A DNA stretch of 64,000 nucleotides from Camelus ferus (Eukaryota): contig NC_045697.1 in NCBI RefSeq assembly GCF_009834535.1, forward strand, positions 44,084,001-44,148,000, given 5' to 3'. Positions within the stretch are counted from its first letter, which is position 1, and each line of letters starts with the position of its first letter. Shown one piece after another: positions 11,410 to 22,678 of this stretch. The notes below the pieces were generated by a model that ran no database searches, was not told the DNA's origin, and was given only the letters and a program-made list of their open reading frames with translations. Made by a program: the position numbers and the translations under genes.

Positions 11410-13399
11410 TTAATTTATTTTAGGCCCTTCATTTGAATGGTTACTTAGCAAATGCCTGAATTTACTGCTATTAGCAAAACTTGAACATTTATCATTTGGT
11501 AAAGATGACCAGTGTTTCCTTGACAAAGTTTTCATTTCAGTCTTTTCTGAATTGTGTTTTAAAGGGGGCTGAGCTAGATCATTAGCTCTCATCTTTAAGA
11601 AACAGATTATTATATCCTTTAGTAACTTTACAAAGTGATTGATGGCACATACTTCTCCATCAAAGAGATGCTCATTTAAATCTACAAAAAGATAAATATG
11701 CCCAGAAAGCTCATGTAATATTTTCTGTTGAAGATAAAATTCCCTCTGTTGAGGAGGTAATAATTCATACACTGCCATTCTTGAATGGGTTCTTACAACT
11801 CGCTCACAAATATTTACGACTCGGCATAAACTTTCTGAAGGGAAATGCACACCATTCTCCTTTTTAACACATAACAGTGATCCAATTTTAGAGGTTTTGA
11901 GATCCGATGTATAGAGTGCACTGATGCAGTCCTCACATGTTAAAAGAGTTGATAATTTATCTGCAATGTAACTAGCACAACAGGTTAGATTTCGCCTATG
12001 ATCTGACAGGTCTAGTAATGCCTCACTTAGCAAACAGTCAGACCAGTCGCAGCAAATATCCTCTTTGTCAAAAAGAGTCTTTACAATGCTGACACCGTAC
12101 TGACGCTGAACTGTCCAAAGGGCCAAGTCTGTCCTTCGAGCAATTGAAATGTCAAGGATGCTTACTTCACTTAGAAAAACTTCATCTTGTAATCTGTATC
12201 TGGTCTCCACATTATGGTAAGCTTTCTGGAATGCCATGCAGGTAAGGTTAGAAACGGTTACTGATACCTGTCTCAGCAACTTTAGGAATAATTCCAGATG
12301 ATCTTGACTGAATTTGTAAGTCAGAAGATATGGAAAAGGCATGATTTTGGGGGAAACATAATTTTGGTAGAGCCATTTTAAACTCTCAGCATTAAGCAAA
12401 AATCCCAGGAATCCCAATTTTCGCTTACCTTTAATTATTTGATTATTGCTAGTGTCAGCTAATGTAACAAAAATAGTCTTGGCTTCAATTAACACATGGT
12501 TAATTTTATTAAAAGTTTCAGGTAAGAGAGGTCCTCTAAATCCCTTTCCATAATAGTTCCTACTATTAAAAATGTCAAACAAATTGTTAATTAAGCGTAA
12601 GAAATGGATGGTCCCAGTACAGTTCTGAAAAGGAGGCAGACCTAGAGACAGCAAACATTCCAGTGCGCCCGCCACGCTCTCACTGAAGAGCTGGGCAGCA
12701 CAATTCAATTTCAGTATGTGGTTTTTCAAATTTGCAAGTTTTCTTGGGATTCTCTCCAGATTCGGTAATTCCTGTTCCTCTAGTGCTACTAACTCCACAA
12801 GGTGCTGCCAGTGTGCTGTGCCGTTAAGAAAGTGGACACTCTGAAAATTCTGAAATGCATTCCTTATTAATCTAAGCAAGTGGCAAGAATCAAAGAAGTA
12901 GGCAATCTGTTGACTAGAAGATGAAGGATGCTGGAAGGTACACTTCATGTTGTCTCCATCAATATGTATCCCCAACGCTTTTGCCATCTGAACACTGTGA
13001 GCTGTAGCATCAGACGTGACAGCCAGAACTGTGATCCCGATGTCACTCAGTTTGCCAATCGTCAGGCGAAGCAACTGAGCGTGCAAATATCCAGACGCCC
13101 TGTTTATGAAAAAATAGCCAAGAGGTGTTCTCCAAGGACCAGAAATACCCACTGCCATGAGCAAAACAGTTTCTGAGGCAAGTGGCGTTTCGTCAGCGTC
13201 AAGTCTGCCAAGACCGAAGTCCATGAACCCTTGCAAGTGGTGACTGCTGGGGTCCCACTGAAGCTGCTGCTTGAGAGAGACACCTTTTATTATCAGTGAG
13301 CAATACTGATATCGCTGGTCTCCATCCTCTACTTTCCGTTGAAGAAAAGAAAAAATGCTACTGTTGAAACCAGGACCAGGTTTGCATTTGGACAACCAT
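11410..13399 (-). CDS. THAP9: THAP9 exon 5: P-element-type transposase catalytic region
   Basis: Acceptor ttttctag|ATGG; codon AC|A then WLSKCKPGPGFNS...; motifs GFMD(304), VTSD(374)ATAHS, FFDSCHLLRLIRN, FSQDHLE(613)LF; open to TAA at 11412-11410. Spliced CDS 80+196+304+151+1990 = 2721 nt = 906 aa. Confidence 0.97.
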
Positions 13400-15283
13400 C
13401 TAGAAAATGTAAAAAATGAAAAATATAAAACACAAGTGAAGAAATTCAAAAAGGGAAAATGCAAAACAAAAACCAAAACAAAAAGGGAAAATGCCTTAAA
13501 TGGTCCTAAAGTGGCCTCCAATTCCTGTAGAAATAAAGCCAAGTATAAGTAGCCAAATTCTACAGATATTCTCAAGCACATTCATATAGTTACCATGAAA
13601 TAGTCAGATAATAGAGAAACTCAGAAACGTAGTATTTTAAGACGCAAACATACCACAAAATAATTTTAATTTCTTACTCACTCCTTAAAAGAAGTATACA
13701 AGTCAGTTGCCCAGTTTGTTCAAAATGATGTATTTATGATTTAGATCATAATCCAGCCTTACCTGTAAATTCACTGAAATGAGAACACTGTTGAAGGGGA
13801 ACGAGACTTCAAGAACGTCTAGTACATCTACTCCATTTTACAGATTAGGAAACTGGGATGGAGGGAGAGGTTAAGCCACTTGGCCCATATTATGCTGCTG
13901 GTCTTGCATGAATGTGAAAGTCAGCTTTCCTGATATCCTAGTTCAGTGCCTTCCTCACTGCCCCTTACAGTATCAGAATTATGCCCTTTGGGGCAAATAG
14001 GTGTCTGCATCGGTCTGCTCCTATCCAAAGCACCTACACTTATCTTAGGAGTTCTTTTATAGCAGCTCTGACCTTCCCAGACTGCTGGTTATTCTTTCCT
14101 ATTACTGTTGGTGTCTGTCACTAACAGACAGAGTTCTTTTCACTTAGTTCTAATATACTCTTTCTAATTTGTTGTAGATTGGGAAAGGGAACAGCTAGGT
14201 TTAATAATTCTCTCAAATAAGACTAAATGGATTCTGAGGTAGACTGAGGTGTTCATCGTAAGTGAAGTTTGCTTTTGTAACTCAAATGACATTTTTAAGT
14301 TAAATTTCTGATTTGGGGGCTGTATTCTAGGTTGCCAAAGTTTCTTCCTGGACAGCCAAACTCTATTTAATTGAAATTTTAACATACTTCCATAATTATT
14401 TCAGGACAGGGCTTTTCAAATATTTTGCTGCAATCTAGAAGTTTCATAAACAGAATTTACCCTTACTTGATGCTACACACAAATATATGTGTGTGTATAA
14501 ATATGTGTATATAAAAAGTAATGCCAACTATGACCCACTAAAATTGATTTCAAGATGTACTAAGAGGTTTGAAAAACACCATTATAGGATCCAAAAGACA
14601 TACTCTGACTATAAGTAGCTAATAATTTATTTAGGATACAAAAGTATTAATCAGTTATTTATACTTAAAAATAGTGCAAAATAATAAGACAATGAGAAAA
14701 CAGTATAGGGGGCCTCCATCAGTGTGCTGCAGCCCACTACTATGTTGAAAACCCTTTTCAAGTGTGTCACCAAGTTTTAATTTTTACTTCTTTTGCACTA
14801 GGATTCTCAAAGACACCAAAGACACCGTGTTACATGTGCAGTATGTAATGAAACTACTTAATGCTTCTAATAAAAGTTCTAGTTTAAATATTTTTTTTAA
14901 TGTTTTTAAAAAAGCTTATGTTCTGGTAAGTTTGATTTTTAAATGGAAATCTAAACAGTATCTTAATGTCCACAACTATTAGAGTAATGTTCTGAACGTT
15001 AGGCAGATAGATATGTGGACTAGTTGATTTCTTTTTTTTTTTTTTCAAAGTGTTGGTAACAGAGTAAAATACCTAAACTAAGTTTGTGAGTTAAAGTTGT
15101 AGGGAAGCAACTGATTTCTCTCTTAAACCAGCCTTCCCCTCTACCATTCAAAATGAAAAAACTTTTTCCCTGATTGTAAAAAATGACACATTCGTTTAAA
15201 AAATAAATAAATAAAACAATACAGAAAAGTGCAAAAAAGAAAGTAAAAATCACTGTTAATATTTCAGGGACATATCTATAGAT

Positions 15284-15490
15284 CAAGGTCATCAATGGCC
15301 TCTCCATCTTGCAAAATCCAGCGGTCAGTTCTCTTCTTACCACCCCACATCCCAGCAGCACTGACACAGTGGAGCACTGTCTCCTTGAAATGCTTTCTAC
15401 ACTTAGCTTTCAGGCCATCGAAATCTCCTGGTTTTCCTCCTGCCTCACAGGCTGCTCCTGATCAATAAATGTTTATTGAATAAATGAATA
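15284..15490 (+). mobile_element. L2 LINE remnant
   Basis: L2-like caaggtcatcaatggcctctccatcttgcaaaatccagcggtcagttctc... and L2 3' end tcaataaatgtttattgaataaatgaat. Confidence 0.65.
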
Positions 15491-16669
15491 TTCAATATGA
15501 TTAAAGAGAACTAATACTTAAGCAGAGATGTGTTAAAAATAGATACAACTTTTTAAATGAGGGAAATGAATGGAGATGTAATCAAATACGAATATATTTG
15601 ACCATCCAGATTTTTTAGGATGAAATCTGCGTACTTCTAATATATTGGAATAATATGTCATAACTATGTAAAAAACTAATTGGAATAGCTGACTATTAAA
15701 ACAAAATTTTGTTGATAGACAATTTTTTTGAAGTCTGGGAGAATATACACCAAACCACTAACAGTGGTTACATTGTGAGATTAGAGGAATGGAAGTATTA
15801 TAAATATTTTTCACTGTCTGGTATTTATATACCTACATATTATTTCAATGTTTTATAGCAAGCATGTATTACTATCGCATTCAACAAGGTACTTCAGTTT
15901 CAGACAAAGCGCTCAAAGAAATAAGCAACTCTTTGAGTACTAAAATTGCAAACCGAAATAATGACATGGCAAAGGTTACAAAATGCAGAATGAGGTGAGA
16001 GAAAAAAACACCAGTGTGAGCTGGAATGGCCAGGGAAGATTTAATCCAGAGTTGATTCAGAACTATAGGAAATGAAGAAAACCATAGGGGGAAAACAAAG
16101 ATAGGAAGTTATATGGAATGTTTCACGTAAACCGTAGTGTAAAATCAGTAAGTAATGCTTTAAAATCAGTGCAAAGGAGAGGACCTGACTAAAAAAGGTA
16201 TAGGAGGAGGAGATGGCAACACAGTATCTATAAAAATGTCTCCCGCTTACTAGAAAGTAGACATTTATAAATAAGTGTAATATCTAGCCTACATGGTAAA
16301 AATCACATTATGAAAGAGAGTGAATAAGCCTACACACAAATGTTCATCTCAGTGTATGGAATAGCACTTAGAATAAAAAAATAAGAACAATGTAAATGTC
16401 TGCTAGTTAAAGAATGCCCAAATGAAGCAGGGTATGAATGCCTGACATTACGCAGCTATTCAAGATCAAAACTATGTAAAAAACTAGTAAATCTAAGCAC
16501 AGAAAAAAGACTGGAAGAAAATTCCTTGTGTGTCAATAATAACTGTTTATATATAATATAGAGGAACAATTAATTAATTTTCCTTCTTTTTCTCTCATTT
16601 CTAAATTTTTATTAGTAGTATTATTTTAATAGTATGTGTAAAGGGAAATTCTCATTCTTTTTTTTTTAG

Positions 16670-16906
16670 TAGTACAGCATGGTGACTACAGTTAATAATA
16701 CTGTTATATATATTTGTTGCTATAAGAGAGTCAATCTTAAAAGTTCTCATGACAAGAAAAAAATTATAACTATGTATGTGATGGCTGTTAACTAGAATTA
16801 CCCTGGTGATCATTTTGCAATATATACAAATATTGAATACATAATTGTTGTGCACCTGAAACTAATAATCATGTTATGTGTCAATTACATCTCAATTAAA
16901 AAAAAG
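16670..16906 (+). mobile_element. L1 3' terminus fragment
   Basis: gtacagcatggtgactacagttaataatactg...gatcattttgcaatatatacaaatattgaa...caattacatctcaattaaaaaaaa. Confidence 0.75.
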
Positions 16907-17731
16907 ACATTTCCCCCAAAATGGAAAAAAGAAAAACCTCACGATAATTAAGGTCCTTCCTCTCACCAAGCCTCAACTTTCCCCTTCTTTACAATGAGGG
17001 GGTTGGACTACATGATATCTAAGAGTTTCTCTAGCTCAGAGCCCCTATGAGTCCGTTTCAAAGCTGAAGCAATAAGAAACTAAGAGGTACCTTCCAGGAG
17101 AGAAGACTCCTGCATTTCCTGGCTGGTCTCTGCCCCAGCTACAGTGAATTACATGACGTGCTGCTCTTTAGACAGCGACCTGAGGTCCACTGCACTTCTA
17201 CCTGACATCTGTTCAAAATTCTAAATGACCATCCAGGCATTCTTTCATTCCATAAATATTTATCAAGAGACCACTGTGTTCCAGGCACCACGCCAGGGCA
17301 GGAGGTGTAACAAAGAACCAGAAGCAGTCCTCATACTTGGGCAGCTCACAGGCTAGCGGGGAAGACAGTGTCGTCAGTACTAAGATTCAGTTCCGTACTG
17401 TGTTTGTGCAACCCAGGATCGGAAGAATGGCGGGCCAGGCTTAAGAAAGGACGTGATAGCGAATCTGAACCTCAAGGGTGAGGACCAATCTCCAGGACTA
17501 AAAGGGAGAATGGGCATTTCAGGCAGATGGGATAGTAAGTTCCTAAGAGAAGAAGTAAGAAATGCCTTACAGTTGGAACATGGAATACGAGCCCTCCAGA
17601 GGGCAGGGAGGGAGGCAAGAGAGGCGCTGCAGAGCCCGGCAGGCACCACATCACAGAGGCTCAGTAAACCACGGGAAGGGGTTAGGCTTTAGACTACGGG
17701 TAAGGGGAGGCTTATGCAACAAGAAAGTGAC

Positions 17732-18106
17732 TGCTATGGGTTGAATCGTGCCCCTCAAAAAAACATATGTCGTAGTCCTAATCACCAGTACCTCAGAGTA
17801 GATCTTATTTGGAGAAAGGGTTTTTACAGAGGTAATCATGTTTAAATGAGGTCATAAGGGCGAATCCCAATCCAATATGATTATTGTCCTCATAAAAAGA
17901 AAATTTGGACATAGAAACACCCATGGATAATGGAAGACAATGTGAAGAAACACAAGGAGAAGACCACCATCTACAAGCTGAGAAGAGAGGCATGGAACAG
18001 CCCCCCCTACCTCACAGCCCTCAGAAGGAACTAACCCTGACAACTTGTTGTTTTGCAGCTTCTAGCTTCCAGTACCCTAGACAATCTATTTCTGCCATTT
18101 AAGCCA
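17732..18106 (+). mobile_element. MaLR solo LTR (MLT1B-like)
   Basis: tgctatgggttgaatcgtgcccctcaaaa...cttatttggagaaagggtttttacagaggtaatc...cacagccctcagaaggaactaaccctgacaac. Confidence 0.8.
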
Positions 18107-18666
18107 AATAAATAAAAATGAAATGGAGTCTGTAAAATCAGTGATAAAAAAACAGTAAAAACTGAGTATTAAATTTATAAGAGACTACTATAAAGTCACG
18201 GTGTTGTTTGCTTCACACATCTGTGTACTCTGACCACAAATCCTAAAAAATTATTTATCATAATCTTGTGTCTGGACAACCCGTACTGGCATCAACTAAA
18301 GCGCTTACAAAAAAATTCAGATTTTTGATCTTTGCCTCAAACCTATGGCATCAGTCTCAAACTATTTTAGATTCTCCACATATTAAAACTACTAAAGCGT
18401 ATGAGAAATTCCAGTATTTCAAGATTCAGATTTTATCACTCAGAGTGTCTCTAACATCTGAAAGATGCAAAAAATTTTGTCAGCCTACACATCTTCATTT
18501 TGCTGGTAAAATACTGACTGTGATAATGTGCAAATACCATGTAGAAGTTTTTAAAAAGAGAGAGCGGACTAAAGGAAAGTATGAATACTAACAGCATTAA
18601 TGTATAAAATGTAATGAAAGTGCAAAATATTTGTTTTATTTAACATCTAAAAGGTAATTCACTTAC

Positions 18667-18817
18667 GTTCTGAGGATGGAAGAATGAGGCAGCTTAAGAA
18701 TCTTTCTTACATAATCATAGACTTTGCTACTGCACAAGTAGAGGGTGCATGCAAACTGCTTCATTTCTGTGGAGTACTCGGCTGTTTCTCTCCAGTTATA
18801 CAACTCCCACTTAAAAT
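18667..18817 (-). CDS. THAP9: THAP9 exon 4
   Basis: cag|ATTTTAAG...AGAAC|gtaagt; DFKWELYNWRETAEYSTEMKQFACTLYLCSSKVYDYVRKILKLPHSSILRT; 151 nt. Confidence 0.96.
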
Positions 18818-20001
18818 CTGTTAAAATAAATTTATTCTTTGTGATGAAAAATGTGTACAGTAACATTTTCAGGTATCGATCATAGCATTTGGACATAATG
18901 CATAAGGCGCCAAAATTCAAACACAATCACATTTTAACCGAGTTTGTTCAGAGGATAATATCCAACCATGGAGCCTGTTGATCGAGTTATCCTGTTCATC
19001 TTGGATCTTTTCACTAGAAAGAAGGAGAAAAATGTTTCAACTTGAATCACGATGTTTTACTATTCATCGACAGCCTGAGTGGAGATTTTTAGAGGAACAG
19101 AGAAGAAAATGAAATAACCGCATAAAATTAAGGCTCTGGATTATGAGGACATTTATCTGTTTTATTTTGTTCCCTGGTTACCATCTACCTGAGAGTGAAA
19201 ATAAGACACAAGAAACATTTCTGGGGATAGGGTACTATTCAGAATGAACAATCTTTTCCACTATTGAGAGAAAACAAAAACCTTTTGTTCCTGGAGTGGA
19301 CTCCTATTTATTACATGTATTCTTCTCTTGGGAAAACACAAAATATTCCCTCCTTTGGAGATACCTACTCTTTTCCAGACACAAGACATGCTTCTTTTTT
19401 TACCAGAATTTTTAAATACAAAATCTCTGATGCTATCATCAAAAAGTAAGTTGGCAATGCTTATCTGCCCCCTCTTCAAATATCCTGGTGCACAAAGAAG
19501 ACTAGGTAATCTTTCAGTGGACATACATATACTCTACAGAGAGTATTGTGGGAAAATTTGGAGACTTATATAATTTTCAAGGTCAAAGTAATTTTGCAGA
19601 TTATCTAGTTCAACTCACTGCAGAAAGACTTTACTGATAAATTACATAGCAGTTAAAATTGTTTAGAAAGAATTTGCAGTAGCATGGGTAAGTGAGATTA
19701 TAAAAAGTGAAAAGTATACTATATGGTATATGATCTCATCTTTGGGCAGCAGAATTATATGTTATTTTTATTATTTATACACTTCTTTGCTTCTCCTATA
19801 ATAAATATTTTACTTTTGAAAATGGAAAGCCATAAAAGGGTTTTGGTGATGACTTTTCATTCTTCCTGCTTATGCCACTGAGACTTTTCACTTCTCAGCT
19901 AATAGCATATTTTCATAGGCAACAGCAAAATAAATACTTAATGACATTTCAGAAAAATTAAGAGCTTTGTTGTAAATATTACAGGTCATTGGGGAACATA
20001 C

Positions 20002-20305
20002 CTGAAAATTGTGCTCGTAGCAGATACTCCGTTTCTTCTGAAAGCAGTTTCTCTTCTACAAGTGCATCAATTAATCGTAAACCCTTTCTCTTCTTGATCA
20101 TCCTGTAGTTTTTTGCAGAAGCGAGTCTTTTTTTGGACACTTGTAGCATCTGTTGCACCTCGGCCAGCTTTTCTGCTCCTATAGTCAAAGGTCTCTTTAA
20201 ACTGTAGTTATGGTCCTCAGTAGCACCTTCTTGAGAATCATCAGGAAGTGGCTGTTTTAGGATTTTCTGTCTTGCTTTACCTTTAAGGTGTACACCTTGG
20301 AGAAC
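20002..20305 (-). CDS. THAP9: THAP9 exon 3 (DHNY HCF-1-binding-type motif, coiled-coil/leucine-rich region)
   Basis: catag|GTTCTC...TTTTCAG|gtatgt; VLQGVHLKGKARQKILKQPLPDDSQEGATEDHNYSLKRPLTIGAEKLAEVQQML...LLRAQFS; 304 nt. Confidence 0.96.
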
Positions 20306-20629
20306 CTATGACAAATAGAAAATGAAGGTTACTTTAGAAATTATCACACAATGATTATCTATAAAAATACCACTGAATACAAACCACTCACCTGGTTGCC
20401 GTGAAGAGTTAGTTATGAAAGAAGAGGTTATATTCTCGGACTTTAATGTATGGTTTCTAGGACAGTGTAAACAGGGTATTTTGTTTTGCTTCTATACTGA
20501 AAGAGTAATGCAATGCTGAAAGTTTCTGAAATGATTAAAGTAACTAGGGAAAGGTGGTGATAATTTGAGAAGGTTTCATGGGAGTTTTAAGTAGTTAATG
20601 GAGGGGAAGGGAAGTTATTTGTGCAGAAA

Positions 20630-20830
20630 GGAAGGCATAGGACAGAGCATGAGCTTTGGAATTAAGACTCCCAGCTCCCTTACTTGTTAGTTATTATTTA
20701 ACCTCTACAATCCCCCATCTCATTTACAAAACGTGAAGGATAATACAGATCTGAGAATACAGTAAGATAATTTATGTAAATCACCTACTGCAACACCTAG
20801 ATCACTGTAGGTCTCTCAATAAACAGTAAC
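20630..20830 (+). mobile_element. MIR SINE remnant
   Basis: agagcatgagctttggaattaagac...ttatttaacctct...ctcatttacaaaacgtgaaggataata...ctcaataaacagta. Confidence 0.6.
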
Positions 20831-21669
20831 ATTGATTTTACACAAAAGCATGAAAGCAAGTTGATTTTCCATATATACAGTGGGTAAGTATATGTGGTTG
20901 GAAAAGGGAATTCAGATTACTTAGAGATGCACAAATCAATTAATAGAAAGCTCTTTGAACCTATGAGTTTGGATTTGACACTAACTATATTCTTAGGAAA
21001 GCAGGAATGAGATAAAACAATACCGAAATAAGGAGACTCCAGTGAATAAGAGGAAGGTTTGGGTAGTGTCAAGATAGAACAGGTGGATGACTATTTGCAG
21101 ACCGCAGACAGTGACTGAGTCACCTACAAGCGTGTGGCTAAGGGGTAAAAGGACAAAATAAAAACAATCAAAAGAAACATAAGACTGTAACACCAATACC
21201 GGTGACTGACTCATAGAAAGACTTCTATTTTCCTATACCTCTTTCTGTATCAGTGCTAATAATTAGGTTATGTTTTTGGTCAAGACCAATTAACATTTTG
21301 GAGGGAGACTCAAAAAAAAGGGTAGATAACTTCAAAGTATTATGAAAACTACCTCATACTTAAACAAAAGCTTGAATTCTAAGGCTGCTGATACTCACTA
21401 CTTGAGTGTGTGATCAGCTTAGTAACCTTTATGTGTATCTAGACATACGATTTGCATTCATACATCTTATTTTTTAAAAAGCTCCAAAGCACAATTACTA
21501 ATATTACATATGTTATTTTTAAACTAATTTTCTAAGCATTTAAAGTTTACTATTAAATTTATTTTACGATCTAAGTTTTTATTTCTGCAAATTCTAGCTA
21601 TAATGTGAACTGTCTTGATTTTTAAAGGCTCTACAAAATTTAGTTTTGTTTACACCTGGATTTAAGTAC

Positions 21670-21865
21670 CTTGTATAGAGAAACAGAAGGCACAGTTCCT
21701 TTTTTCAGCTTTCTTCTTATGCCATATGACTCAAAGTCACTTTCTTGAAAATGTTTGGAACATAGCATAGCACCTGGTCCTGGGATCCAAATCTTTTTGC
21801 TTCTGGGGTCCATACGATTAACAGCCCTGATCCATTTTGAGCGCTGTATGGTATCAGTTGGAAAT
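21670..21865 (-). CDS. THAP9: THAP9 exon 2 (C-terminal half of the THAP C2CH zinc finger)
   Basis: tatag|ATTTCCA...TACAAG|gtactt; FPTDTIQRSKWIRAVNRMDPRSKKIWIPGPGAMLCSKHFQESDFESYGIRRKLKKGTVPSVSLYK; 196 nt. Confidence 0.96.
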
Positions 21866-22167
21866 CTATAGCAATCATATTAAAGTTCCATTAACATGAA
21901 GATATTATAGTAATACTACAGTATTTATTACATAAACCCATTTATTATTTAGCTTCTTTATATAAACATTAAGTCTGGTTAGTTTAAGTTTAATTCACTT
22001 CATCTGATTTCATTTTTCAAAGTTCATTGATTTTTGGAATCCAAGAGTTCAATATCTAAGTTACCTCGTCCATTTGTATGTGGACAATTCTCACATGAAA
22101 TACCCTACCACATTCTGCCCTCACAGCCTTAACAGAATCTGCTTAAATTTGTGTGTCCTTCCTTTCC

Positions 22168-22678
22168 TGTGGCAATTTTAACTATGTCCACAAATTCTTT
22201 ATTACACCTCCTTTCAAGGGGTGAAGCCCAATTTCCTTCCCCTCAAGTGTGGGCTGGAGTTAGTGATTTGCTTCTAAGGAATATTAAAAAAGCAGAAGTG
22301 ACAGAGGGCAATAAAATTAGGTCAGAAAGAGCACTGAGGCTTTGTCCTAGTTCTCTGTGTTGAATGGGGGAAGTACCTGCCATGCTATCAGCAGCCCTAT
22401 GGGGAGTCCACTGGGCAAGAAAGTGAGGCCTCCAGCCAAAGGCCATGTGAGAGAGCCTTTCTCAAAGTAGATCCTTCAGTGTCAGTCAAGCCTTCAGATG
22501 ACTGCAGTCTCGGCTGACATTTTGACTGCAATCTTATGAGACACCCCATAACACCCAGCTAACCTACTCCCAAATTCCTTACCCTCTGAATTCCTGACCC
22601 TCAGAAATTCTGTGAGAAAATAGATGTTTCCACTAAATTTTAAGAAAATGTGTTACTTTGCAGTAGAAAACAAGTACA
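22168..22678 (+). mobile_element. MaLR solo LTR (MLT1F/G-like)
   Basis: tgtggcaattttaactatgtccacaaattcttt...cagtcaagccttcagatgactgcagtctcggctgaca...gcagtagaaaacaagtaca. Confidence 0.75.

Noticed and set aside
13400..13581. N-terminal 60 residues of the 723-aa ORF, a hydrophobic apparent membrane segment
   Set aside because: It is the T-rich intron end upstream of the real acceptor at 13400/13399; phase with exon 4 fixes the boundary.
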